From positions 1 to 29,570 of the forward strand of contig NW_021836193.1 in the NCBI RefSeq assembly GCF_006345805.1: 29,570 nucleotides of DNA, read 5' to 3'. The translations under genes were made by a program, and so were the position numbers. Shown here in pieces: positions 10,802 through 22,582 of the stretch. Each line of letters begins with the position of its first letter. Position 1 is the stretch's first letter. This DNA comes from Octopus sinensis (lineage: Eukaryota). The notes beneath the pieces are model-generated. The model did no database searches and was not told where the DNA came from. It was given only the letters and a program-made list of their open reading frames with translations.

Positions 10802-10870
10802 AAGGAGTTCTGAGCTGATGATAGAAAGTCGAGTTGACTAATCTTGAAACGTACGTTCTCAAATAACCTT
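10802..10870 (+). ncRNA. Minimal type-I hammerhead ribozyme motif with intact core
   Basis: Stem I TGAG/CTCA extended by AAGG/CCTT, CTGATGA at 10815-10821, imperfect stem II (AGTC/GACT and AGA/TCT), GAAA at 10846-10849, palindrome AACGTACGTT at 10848-10857, GTT triplet. Confidence 0.7.
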
Positions 10871-11303
10871 TGCATTTGATTTTTTAATGTCTTTACCCCC
10901 ATACTTTCGTGAGTTGAATTGAGCAAACACTATATGAGAGAGGTTTTCTTAAGTATTAGAAATAGTTTTTAAAAAAGTTTTTTTTGGCTGCTATTTCTAA
11001 TGAGTTCAGTATGCGGCAAGTAATTTATTTTACTAAGCCCTTTTATATAATTATTATATATATAATATATATATATATATTTGTGTGTATGTGTGTGTAT
11101 TTATTATATATACATACGCATATATACGTGCATGCATACATATGTATACACACACACACACATACACACAAATATATATATACATATAATGGAGAAATTG
11201 TACAAAAGGTATAAGTATATGATAAGTAAAGCACCGGCACAGTTTCGATTACCTGTTGTTATCCGTAGATTTCTGGTAGGAAATTCGTGGTGGTGGTTGA
11301 AGT

Positions 11304-11685
11304 AACAGTATTAATAGAATAGACGGAATAAAAAGATTTTATTTAGTACGACACATGTTTCGACCCGTTCTGGGTCTCTTCGAATACACAAATAAAATTT
11401 TTAAAATTATAAAATCTCACTAGACATTTTCAGATTCGGTTTTACGTATCGCCAAATGTCCATCGTCTTTGGGAATGATTAAAAAAAAACAGAGAAAAAT
11501 TGAAACACGAAAAATTCAAATATGAACGTGAAAATTATACATTCTCATTAAGAGAAAATGACGTAATGAGCCAACGCTGTTGTAACTGTTATATATATTT
11601 ATATATCCGAAGAGACCCAGAAAGGGTTGAAACATGTGTCATACTAAATAAAATCTTTTATTCCATCTATTTTATTAATACTGTT
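11304..11685. repeat. About 82-bp inverted repeat (arms 11304-11386 and 11604-11685), each arm with an HHR-like motif
   Basis: (C/T)CGAAGA-GACCC-AGAA(A/C)-GGGT(T/C)-GAAA-CATGT-GTC in both arms. Spacer about 215 bp. Confidence 0.8.
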
Positions 11686-11692
11686 TTATATA

Positions 11693-11893
11693 TACTCTTT
11701 TACTCTTTTACTTGTTTCAGTCATTTGACTGCAGCCATGCTGGAGCACCGCCTTTAGTCGGGCAAATCGACCCCAGCACTTATTCTATCGGTCTCTTTTG
11801 CCGAACCGCTAAGTAACGGGGACATAAACACACCAGCATCGGTTGTCAAGCAATGCTAGGGGGACAAACACAGACACACAAACACACACACGC

Positions 11894-11924
<31 letters not shown>

Positions 11925-12089
11925 TACGACGGGCTTCTTTCAGTTTCCGTCTACCAAATCCACTCACAAGGCATTGTTTGGCCCGAGGCTATAGTAGAAG
12001 ACACTTGCCCAAGGTGCCACGCAGTGGGACTGAACCCGGAACCGTGTGGTTGGTAAACAAGCTACTTACCACACAGCCACTCCTGCGCC
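11693..12089 (-). mobile_element. SINE-A full-length, young-looking copy
   Basis: Near-consensus head and tail on the minus strand. Confidence 0.9.
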
Positions 12090-12125
12090 TATTTATATAT
12101 ATATATATAAATATATATATATAAT

Positions 12126-12555
12126 CTAACAGCTAAACTCGGTTTCACCCGGTCGGTTTGGATGATGTAGCTGTAAAACCTGTTCTGCGTAAGCATTCGA
12201 CTTGTTTGGACACACTTACGTTAAAAAACAATTTTAGAATGACTTTTTTTCTGTCAAAACACTAAAAATAACTGACCAAGATTGAACCAAATCAAAAAAT
12301 AAACTCAAATACTAAGCGAACAAAGATGAACAATCCCACTTCTATTGCGCGTGCGCACACACACACACACACTCACACATTCACGTACCCCCCTCTTTTA
12401 CATACACACATATATTCACACAGAGTGGTTGATATATTTTTTCACCTTACAATTTTCATCATCCCACTACCAAGTATGACATCACCCTTCCTTCCTTATT
12501 TATCTATCACCCCTTCCTTTCTCATCCATAAACACAAGCGTATTATTATAGTAGA
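12126..12555 (-). mobile_element. Probable non-autonomous Helitron A
   Basis: Minus strand starts TCTACTATAATAATACG at 12555 and ends ...ACCGGGTGAAACCGAGTTTAGCTG-TTAG (a decayed CTAG with a GC-rich subterminal segment). Confidence 0.45.
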
Positions 12556-12921
12556 CTAGCTCTATGACCCGGCAACGCCGGGTCATAGTGCTAGTGCATG
12601 CATATCCAGCTGCGTGCGTGCGTACATACACGCGGGTACTGTCCAAATCTCCGACCAATCACATACAGCTAGCTGGCATTCAATTAACGTATCAAGTTTC
12701 GGCATTTTGATTGGGTTTTGGATAGAAAATTCACAAAAAGTCACTTCTATTGATTTTTTAATGGCTTTGCGGGGTGACTGGGGAAATGTAAAGATGTGCA
12801 CGACCACCCTTGGACGGTTTTGAATGATCATAGAAAGTGCGAGCCCTCTAACTGAAAAATTGTGGATTTGTATAAAGGACACACACACAGACAGACATTT
12901 TGCCGCTTATATATACAGAGA
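12556..12921 (-). mobile_element. Non-autonomous Helitron B
   Basis: Minus strand A|TCTCTGTATATATAAG... ends in a 12-bp hairpin CTATGACCCGGC/GCCGGGTCATAG followed by AG-CTAG|T, i.e. an A|T target. Confidence 0.7.
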
Positions 12922-13074
12922 TTATCTCGGTAAACATGGGAGCTATGAAAAAATACAAAACCCTGCATCACTACCGGATCATTCTACACATTTGTGTATT
13001 TTTTGCGCAATTCCACCCAGTCGTTTGACTGTGAATCCCAGGACAAGATACATTCGCTTATGACAAATTTATAT

Positions 13075-13605
13075 GTATAGATACACACACACCACACACA
13101 CACACACACACACAAGCATGTATAAATGTATATATTTATGTATATGTAAATGCACATACATAAGATCATGTATACATGCTTATAGACAACCATATATACA
13201 TGCATATGTGAATATGTTTATTTGCATACACATCTGTGTATACATAAACATATGTCCATGCGTATATAAGTATGTATTTAAATGTATCTATATATGTGTG
13301 TATATAAACTTATACACATAAACCTATATATGTAGATAGATAGATAATTATAAATACATACATATATATGCATGTGTATATAATATATATATGTGCATTG
13401 AAGCATATGTACATTATGCGTGCATATGTGTACGAATTTTGTGTATGTATACATGTGCACATACGCGAGTATACGTGCCTATCTACATAAATTGATGTAG
13501 TTATAGTAGTAAACTATGCCAGAGGTGTGTATTTGTATGTATGTATGCATGTATGTATGTATGTATGTGTGTATGTATGTGTGTGTGTGTATGTGTGTGT
13601 GTATG

Positions 13606-13646
<41 letters not shown>

Positions 13647-13710
13647 TTGTTGATAGATTAATGTATGAATTTGTAGTGAGTGTATAAATTATGTACGTAT
13701 ATGTAAACAT
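13075..13710. repeat. Compound (CA)/(TA)/(TATG)/(TG) microsatellite and low-complexity tract
   Basis: Direct inspection. Confidence 0.9.
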
Positions 13711-14033
13711 CAGTTTGTATATAAGGAGGTGTATTAATCATATCGTTCTTACAAACCACCTGCTTCAGTTCTCCAGAATGACACCAAATTCCACGCATGA
13801 GTAATTTCAACTACCACTAATGGAATCTAAAGAAAAATTGTTTTCTAAGTAACCAATAATGATCTCTGCGTATCTGAAAATTCAAGAATGATATAGTATA
13901 TTCCTTTAATCTGTGCACCCCGTCACCCTTAATCCAAATATGTACCCCCACAAAAAAGGGTTCTATCAAGTCTCAATAACTAATGAGGAATTGGTAAAAA
14001 AATTATGTCTTTCCAGCTTCTTTTATATTTCTA

Positions 14034-14578
14034 TTGGGTTGTCCGGAAAGTTCATGCCGTTTTATAGCAGCTTACCTTTCGACTTATTTTAGAACATGGT
14101 TAAGTCCATAAAATATGATTTGACTACACCTCCATTCAGAGAAAAGTTTAAGCTATCTTTTCGTGGAAGAAGGTTTATGTTCCTATAACCTGTGTTAATT
14201 CTGTAACCCTTTAAAATGGAAGATATGAAAGTTCATTTTCGGTACTTGATGCTTTAGGAACCAGACAAAAATTGCTGCAGCTCGGCTGCGATGTGTTACC
14301 CCACCCTCCATATTCATCAGATATTGCTCCTTCGGATTTCCACTTATTCAGGTCTCTGCAGAATAGTCTTAATGGTAAAAATTGCAATTCCTGGATGACG
14401 TAAAAGAACCTTGATGAATTCTTTTGCCATGAAACCACTCAATTCTGGGAAGAGAGTATTTTCATGTTAAAGGAAAGATGGAGACGCATTGTGCAACAAA
14501 ATGGTTCATATTTTATTGATAAAAAACTGTAATGGCAAATGACCTTTAAAAATCGGCACGGACTTCCGGACAACCCAA
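14034..14578 (+). mobile_element. Internally deleted mariner element with both TIRs
   Basis: TA|TTGGGTTGTCCGGAAAGTTCATGCCG and CGGCACGGACTTCCGGACAACCCAA|TG. The N-terminal MEDMKVHFRYLML (ATG 14216) is fused near 14256 to the C-terminal VLPHPPYSSDIAPSDFHLFRSLQN...ERWRRIVQQNGSYFID. Confidence 0.9.
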
Positions 14579-14701
14579 TGCAATTCCACAATTTTCCTTT
14601 CAATCACAATATAAACACGACAGGAGAGGTTATTATGCATATGGCTAATATCTGTGACTACTAACATCAAAGAAAACTGTAGAGTCACCACGAAAACTGT
14701 A

Positions 14702-14849
14702 GAGTGGCATGAAATTTTGCTCCCCAACGACATGGTTCAGGGTTCAATCCCACAGCGTGGCACTTTGGGCAAGTGTCTTCTAGTAGACACTCGGTCCGAC
14801 CAAAGCCTGTCAATGAATTTGGCAGGCAGAAACTGAAACAAGACCGTCC
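14702..14849 (+). mobile_element. SINE-A head, old copy
   Basis: GGTTCAGGGTTCAATCCCACAGCGTGGCAC...GAAACTGAAACAAGACCGTCC. Confidence 0.7.
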
Positions 14850-14868
14850 TATATATATATATTATATA

Positions 14869-14912
<44 letters not shown>

Positions 14913-15180
14913 GTATGCATACATACATACATACATACATGCATACATACATACCTACATACATACATACATACACTACAACATATATATGTTGTATGTA
15001 TGTACATATATATGTATGTATGTATGTACATATATATGTATGTATGTATGTACATATATATGTATGTACATATATATGTATGTACATATATATGTATGTA
15101 TGTATGTACATATATATGTATGTATGTATGTACATATATATGTATGTATGTATGTACATACACACACATATATATATATA
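14850..15180. repeat. (TA)n, (TACA)n and (TATG)n compound microsatellite with about 24-bp higher-order units
   Basis: Repeated TGTACATATATATGTATGTATGTA-like units at about 15000-15160. Confidence 0.9.
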
Positions 15181-15475
15181 AGCGCAAATAAAGGTTATCT
15201 ACAATATTAATCACTATTTATAATATACTACTATCACATTCTTATAGCCATCTTCTCAATTTCTTTTATTTAATACCCCAGAGAGATATATTACTTTAAT
15301 ACCATACCCTATTCGTTATTTTTATCCTTATTTATTTTTATAATAACTTCAATAAATATACCACCCTGCCCACTCCCTTTGTAGGGTTCATACCATGTTC
15401 TTTCTATATAGCATTTATCAGTTAACGGTTTGGGGCCGCATACTCAACACACTGTAATGATATCTTTAGCAAACT

Positions 15476-15549
15476 CCGATGAGAGTCAGCTTTAATATGT
15501 TATTAATTATGCTAATTAATTTCTAAAGTCTTGACTCGAAACAGCTGTC
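15476..15549 (+). ncRNA. HHR-like motif with CCGATGA core and long stem II
   Basis: CCGATGA (15476-15482), GAGTCA/TGACTC stem II extended by GCTTTA/TAAAGT, GAAA at 15538-15541, palindrome ACAGCTGT, GTC at 15547-15549. Stem I is weak. Confidence 0.55.
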
Positions 15550-15624
15550 ACAGGTGATGTTCAGTTTTATGATTAATGAATAATTATTAATTTAATTATA
15601 CCTCTATTTTCTTTCTTCTTATAC

Positions 15625-15699
<75 letters not shown>

Positions 15700-15989
15700 G
15701 TATGTATATGTGTATATATATATAAAGAGAGAGAGAGAGAGAGAGAGATCTATATGCACGTATACGCGGACACACACACACAAGCATACGTATGTATGTA
15801 TGTCTGCTCACTCGGCACACACAGCAGGAATATCAGGAGTCTTGATATGCAATATCTAATCAATATTGTTTGCTTGTGCGGATTATACCCACCTAGCAAT
15901 GCACCTTAATTTAACTGAAGCTAATTCAACTAATTTAGCTGAATGTTAATTATATATATTATATTATATTATATTATATTATATATTTT

Positions 15990-17399
15990 TTTCTGTTCTT
16001 TCAGCTCAGAGCTACGGCCATGCCGATGCACCGCCATTTTACTACATTGTTATAACTGGGAGCCTCCTCCAATATGTGGCACTTGGTGAAAAATGGAGTT
16101 TGATGTAGCTACCCTCATTTGCACCTCTTGCCGTGAGGTAGGTTCATCTGGGACTCTCGAAAGGAAGAGGTCCAGCTTTGATTTTAAAACGCCTACATTT
16201 ACTTTGTGCAGGTTCCTTAGGCTCTTTGGGAGAATATTAAAAAGCTGTGGGTCCCTGAAACCCAGGCTGTTGCAGTAACTGGTCCTGAAGCGCGATGGCG
16301 TTGCTGGGATCTTTGGCACCATGCAGTGTCGTCCCGTTCTGGAATTGGTGTAGCTTTCAATGCCAAAATTAAGCACAATTCCTTCCAGGATCTTCCAGAT
16401 GTATATTACTGCATACCTCTCCCACATTCTCTCCAGAGAATAGAGTCTTAGCTATTCTTTCCCTGTAGCTGAGCAGTTGCAAAGAAACGATCTTCTTTGT
16501 GAAACTTCTCTGGATTGCTTCAAGGTCCGCTGTTAATTTCACACTGTTGGGTGACCATAGTTGTGAGCAGTAATCCAGGCGGCTGAGGAGGAATGTCCTT
16601 CAGAGGACCATCATGGTTTCCTTATCTCTGGTTCCGAAAATGTTCTCAGGATCCATCCAATCAGTTCTCTGCACTTTGTCACCATCCTGGTAATGTGCAC
16701 TTGGAAAGAGGCCCCTCAATGATTTAGGCTCTGGGATTGAAATTCCCTGTGGACCAGTGTACCCTGTAAGTTTCATATTCAGTTTTGGACGCTGGTAGCG
16801 CAGGGCTTGGAATTTTTCAGCATTAAACTGCATATTATTATCCTCAGCCCATCTGTAAATTGAGACCAACTCCTTCTGCAGACGTGCAACATCGCTGGGT
16901 TTCTGTATTTTCTGCGAGACTTACGTATCGTCTGCGTAGCTTGCAAGGGTGGCTATCTGGGCACGTGAGGGCATATCTGAGAGGGCCATTATAAAAAGCA
17001 GTGGTCTCAAGACAGTGCCCTGTGGAACACCGCTCACTATTTGTGATTTCACAGAAGTAGCTCCATTAGCCACTACTGCTTAGTTTCTATCTTTCAGAAA
17101 GTCATGTAACCACTCTTCAAGTTTTCCTGCTGTGCCGAGGACATGCAGTCTATGGCATATCATACCATGATCCACCTTGTCAAAAGCTTTTGCAAAATCA
17201 AGGTATATTACATCCACATTTGAGTTGTTGAGTAACTGCCTCAACACCCAGTCATAATGTTGTAAGAGCTCCTACCTGGTCGAAAGCCATGCTGGGTATC
17301 ACTCAACAAGTTATTTTCTTCAAGGAATGCGATTAGTTTCCCCCTGACTATCCGTTCCATGACTATGCTGATGTATGATGTCAGAGAGATAGGCCTATA
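15990..17399 (-). mobile_element. 5'-truncated CR1-clade LINE: decayed RT to C-terminus plus 3' UTR
   Basis: YRPISLTS, QHGFRPGRS, YLDFAKAFDKVDH, SGVPQGTVL.PLLF, YADDT, WAEDNNMQFNAEK, LDYCSQLWSP and LYSLER motifs, with stops and frameshifts. Stop codon at 16050. Confidence 0.9.
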
Positions 17400-17486
17400 T
17401 GTATGTATGTATGTATGTAGTATGGTTGTATGATGTATGTATGTATGTATGTATGTATGTATACATGCATGTATATATATAATATA

Positions 17487-17541
<55 letters not shown>

Positions 17542-17977
17542 CATACACACAGAATAATACTGAGAAGAGACACATCTAAATATATTGTTTTGTAAATATA
17601 TATATACATACAGATATAAAATATTAAATATGGATATCCACGTACATATTCACTCCTATATGCATATGTGTGGGCGGCGTATGCATCAATATATAAATAC
17701 GTTATGTAATTGTGAAGCTCAAATTCTTGCAAGAAAGTTTATGTAAATATAAGCAACACACAATAAAATGAACATTGCAGGATCCAACATCCTGATGATG
17801 AGGCTGAGAAAATCGGAAAACGTTGACAAGATTTGGGTACTTTAATATTGCGAACGATCTATAGGAATATAGTTCTTTGAAAAGAGGAAGAAAACTTAAT
17901 ATAAAGAATTAAATTAGAACTGTTTTTAAGTAAATCATATCTAAAAGAAATTCTGTTATCCATATATTAAAGTATCA

Positions 17978-17983
17978 TGTGTG

Positions 17984-18018
<35 letters not shown>

Positions 18019-18652
18019 TTGTGTTTGTGTATGTGTATGTATAAACTTATATATATATATACATATATATAAAAATATATGTATAGATATGTATGCATGT
18101 ATAAACCTATGCATATATATATATATGTATAACTATATATCTATACATATATACATCTGTATGTCCATACGTACATAATGTACACACACATACACATGCA
18201 CATAGACACGCGTATACATATATATGAGAGGATTTTTACAACTATTTAGGCAGGTGGGTGTCTATACTAAAGCAATATTTATTTCTATGACCATTTAGAC
18301 TACTGAGTGTTTAGTGAATTGCTTTAGGGGTTTAAATGAAAAATTATCTCAATAAGAATCTCAAAGTAATTTTGATTCGAGAAGCGAAATACATAAAATA
18401 GACGAGGATGGAGGTGAATTTAAGCCGATTCCCTCCAGATTTCTGGTAATAAACTGTAAATCTGATAATAAAAATAAAATTCTTTTGAAACCGTAATAGA
18501 TGTGCTCGTATATTGATTATTTTCACCACCAAACCATACCCATACACACGTCCGACATCCGCACTTAAACACACACAAATACAAATACACATGTATATAC
18601 ATGTAGATATATATATGCATATATACATAAATCAATATACAGTCCGAAAGTG

Positions 18653-18684
<32 letters not shown>

Positions 18685-19130
18685 TATATATACATATTTA
18701 CACACACACACACACGCACACTCGCGTACACACGCTCGCACATGCGCGCGCACGCCCACTCCCGTGCGTGTGTATCGTGTGTATTATAAATTTTTATTGC
18801 TTTTCTTTTACATTGTGTATGTGTGTGTTTATATATATAATATATATACGTAACTATATACGCAAATATACATATATATATATATGTGTGTGTGTGTGTG
18901 TATGTGTGCGTGTGTGTGTGTGGTGTGTGTGTGTGTGTGTATGCACAAATATATGCATACACACACATGTACATACACACACACATGCTTAGAAATAATG
19001 ACAAACAGAAAGTAAAGAAACTTTTCTCCGTGTTCATGCATATATAACTGTATATGCATGCGTGCGCGTGCGTGCGTGCGTGCGTGCGTGTGTGTGTGTG
19101 TGTTGTGTGTGTGTGTGTGTGTGTGTGATG
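17978..19130. repeat. Microsatellite-rich tract surrounding a unique island at about 18230-18570
   Basis: (TA), (CA) and (TG) arrays by inspection. Confidence 0.85.
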
Positions 19131-19339
19131 TTTTCTGTATGTATCACACACATTACTTTCACATGGTGTGTCAGGGGTTAGCGCTTTCTCTCCATTCTTT
19201 CATTTTATGGGCTTTTGTCGCAGCACCAAATCATTCATAATTTTATGAATATTTGTCGAGCACTTTTGGGAAAAATGTCTCTCTATGACTAATTACGATG
19301 CACCCGGAGGACAAGACATATGCCGTGTTACCGAGTGTA

Positions 19340-20050
<711 letters not shown>

Positions 20051-20639
20051 GCGGGGAATAGGGGAGGAAAGAGTCTGAAATATTCCTTTGACGTTAATAC
20101 AGATGAATCGATGTATTATCGCAAAAAGTCTATATCATTGTGCTTCACTTTACTGCGTGTATTGAGTACTTTTGTTCGTGTAAACTCCTATAATCTTTAA
20201 CATGCATGCGTGTGCATGTATGTTTATGTATGAATGCATGTATCTATGGCAATGTTTGTACGCGTGTGTTGATATAGATGCGATTGATGCGTGTGTGCGC
20301 CCGTCGATATGTATGTAAACAAGCCACAAGTACACACGGGAGACATAAAAATTATATTTATGGGCAAACTATGGAGAGATCGAGAATGAAGGGGCTAGAC
20401 AAATAAATGTTATGTTAATGAGTGAGTCGTAGAGAGTGACTGAGAGGGTGAGAGTGATGGAGAGAATGATAGAGTGCTTTTAGCAAATGCTTGTATGTAT
20501 TGAAATGTAAGTTCTTCTTAAAAGCAAATAAGAAAGTAAAAGTGAAAAATTCACAGCAGTCCTCGACTTCTGTTTCCTGTTTAGCTCGAAGACAGAACCT
20601 ACCCCTTTGAACGTCGCTCTAAAAAGCCTCGCTGAAGAC

Positions 20640-20694
20640 GCGTATACATATACATGCATATATATATATATGTATGTATATATATATATGTATG

Positions 20695-20745
<51 letters not shown>

Positions 20746-20855
20746 GTGTGTGTTTGTGTGTGTGTGTATGTGTGCGAATGTCTGTGTATGTATGTATGCA
20801 AGTAATTATCAATCTGTTATCTAGATAGACAGATAGATAGACGGATGAATGGATG

Positions 20856-20900
<45 letters not shown>

Positions 20901-20904
20901 CTGC

Positions 20905-20950
<46 letters not shown>

Positions 20951-21023
20951 GGATAAATAGATAGATGGATAGAGAGATGGATGGATAGATAGATAGATAG
21001 ATAGACGGATAAATAGATAGATC

Positions 21024-21054
<31 letters not shown>

Positions 21055-21060
21055 GGATAA

Positions 21061-21098
<38 letters not shown>

Positions 21099-21099
21099 G

Positions 21100-21146
<47 letters not shown>

Positions 21147-21184
21147 GAATAGATAGATAGATAGATAGATATAGATAGATAGAT
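20640..21184. repeat. (TA)/(TG) then a long (GATA)n array (about 20823-21184)
   Basis: Direct inspection. Confidence 0.9.
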
Positions 21185-21185
21185 A

Positions 21186-21748
21186 TGTTTCTTTATTAGC
21201 CCCACAGGGCTGCACACAGATAGAACAAATTACAAGGTAGAGCTTTTCTTTGAAGGTTTTTTAAAAAAAAAAAAAGGAAGGGGGAGTTTCGATCAAAAGG
21301 GGTCGTAAAAGGAGAGAAAGAGGACGAAAAAAAGGGGGGTTAAAAAAAAAAAAGGGGGAGAGAAAAAAAAATTGATCAATAGGATCGTTATCACAGAAAT
21401 GTCAATATGAAGTGTAAAGGGGAGGACAGGTGAGGTTTACCCGTGGAAGGAAAAGCCTACGGAAAGACCACGGTAACCTCGGTCAATGAAGTCACATTAT
21501 ATATTCTTTTTTTTTTTTTTTTTTTTTTTTGCAAATAAGCAATCTCTGTTTTCAATTTCTGGGTTCATAGGATTATGCTCAAGGTGGCTTCGTCTTCATA
21601 CGTGCCATTCTTGCTACATTCACCCATCTTTTTTAAAACATTCGCTAGACAAAACTTGCCTCTCTACTCTCACTTTCCTTTTCAAGTGGTACTTGAAGAA
21701 GTTGATGAAGATTGACCAGAGAGGAAAGTGTTTGTCTCCAATCCTTTC

Positions 21749-21750
<2 letters not shown>
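21186..21750 (-). mobile_element. 5'-truncated Tx1/L1-type LINE: ORF2 C-terminus plus 3' UTR
   Basis: Minus-strand frameshifted LKGLETNTFLSGQS/FINFFKYHLKRKVRVERQVLSSECF/KRWVNVARMARM/DEATLSIIL* (stop at 21565-21567). Then a T-rich 3' UTR with a hairpin at 21432-21480, ending AGCCCTGTGGGGCTAATAAAGAAAC. The clade is assigned from remembered C-terminal resemblance only. Confidence 0.6.
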
Positions 21751-21786
<36 letters not shown>

Positions 21787-22371
21787 GGGTTTGTTAGAAG
21801 AAACAGGATAGATAAATAGAACTCAAATCAAGCGAATATGTTTTCTCAGTTTACAGAAGTGAATGAAGGACCAAGCGCTCCATTCGTGGCATTCATCAGA
21901 AGACCGTTAAGCGCCATTCACAAAACTCTCTGTCCTCGCATCACTTTTGTAACTTTTTACCGATTTACTATGTATGTAAGTCTATGTGTGCTTGTGGGTC
22001 TTTCTGTGTGTGAATGTTTTCTGTTTTTAGTTGAGTTCTTCTTCTGAAGAAGGAACTGGCTTCTAACAAAGATACAAACCGCCACCGTTGGAACGTAGAT
22101 AACAAAAAGATATTCATATTTTAAACTTGAGGAAGTCTTGCATATTTTTACTGTTCCCCTTATAGATTGTATCTGTAATGTGAAAATCAGTTGGGTGATT
22201 TTTTTTCTGAAAACCCAAGATTTTTCCAGATTGTCAGTTAGGTATTTACTCACAAAACCAAGCGTACCTTTATTATTGGTATAAACGTGAATTTATAATC
22301 TGGATATAGAAGCTGAAGGTTTCGAAGCAGTTGTCCATGATTATCTCTTTTTCTTTTTTTTTGATTTTCGA

Positions 22372-22525
22372 TGGCTGTGTGGTAAGTACCTTGCTTACGA
22401 ACCACATAGTTCCGGGTTCATTCCCACTATGTGGCACCTTGAGCAAGTGTATTCTACTATAGCCTCGGGCCGACCAAAGCCTTGTGAATGGATTTGGTAG
22501 GCGGAAACTGAAAGAAGCCCGTCGT

Positions 22526-22582
<57 letters not shown>

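Larger units (their letters stand above)
9921..11051. repeat. Head-to-head inverted duplication of a 564-bp terminally redundant HHR-bearing unit (PLE pLTR/retrozyme-like)
   Basis: Arms 10015-10522 and 10555-11051 are near-identical reverse complements. The 38-bp block 9921-9958 recurs at 10485-10522. The 32-bp spacer is the reverse complement of about 9959-9991. Confidence 0.9.

Noticed and set aside
10142-10926. Twin ORFs MLNSTHE... on opposite strands
   Set aside because: A by-product of the palindrome. They are antisense to the HHR, and their frames diverge through indels.
17795-17830. CTGATGATGAGG...GGAAAACGTTG as an HHR
   Set aside because: No convincing stem II or cleavage triplet.
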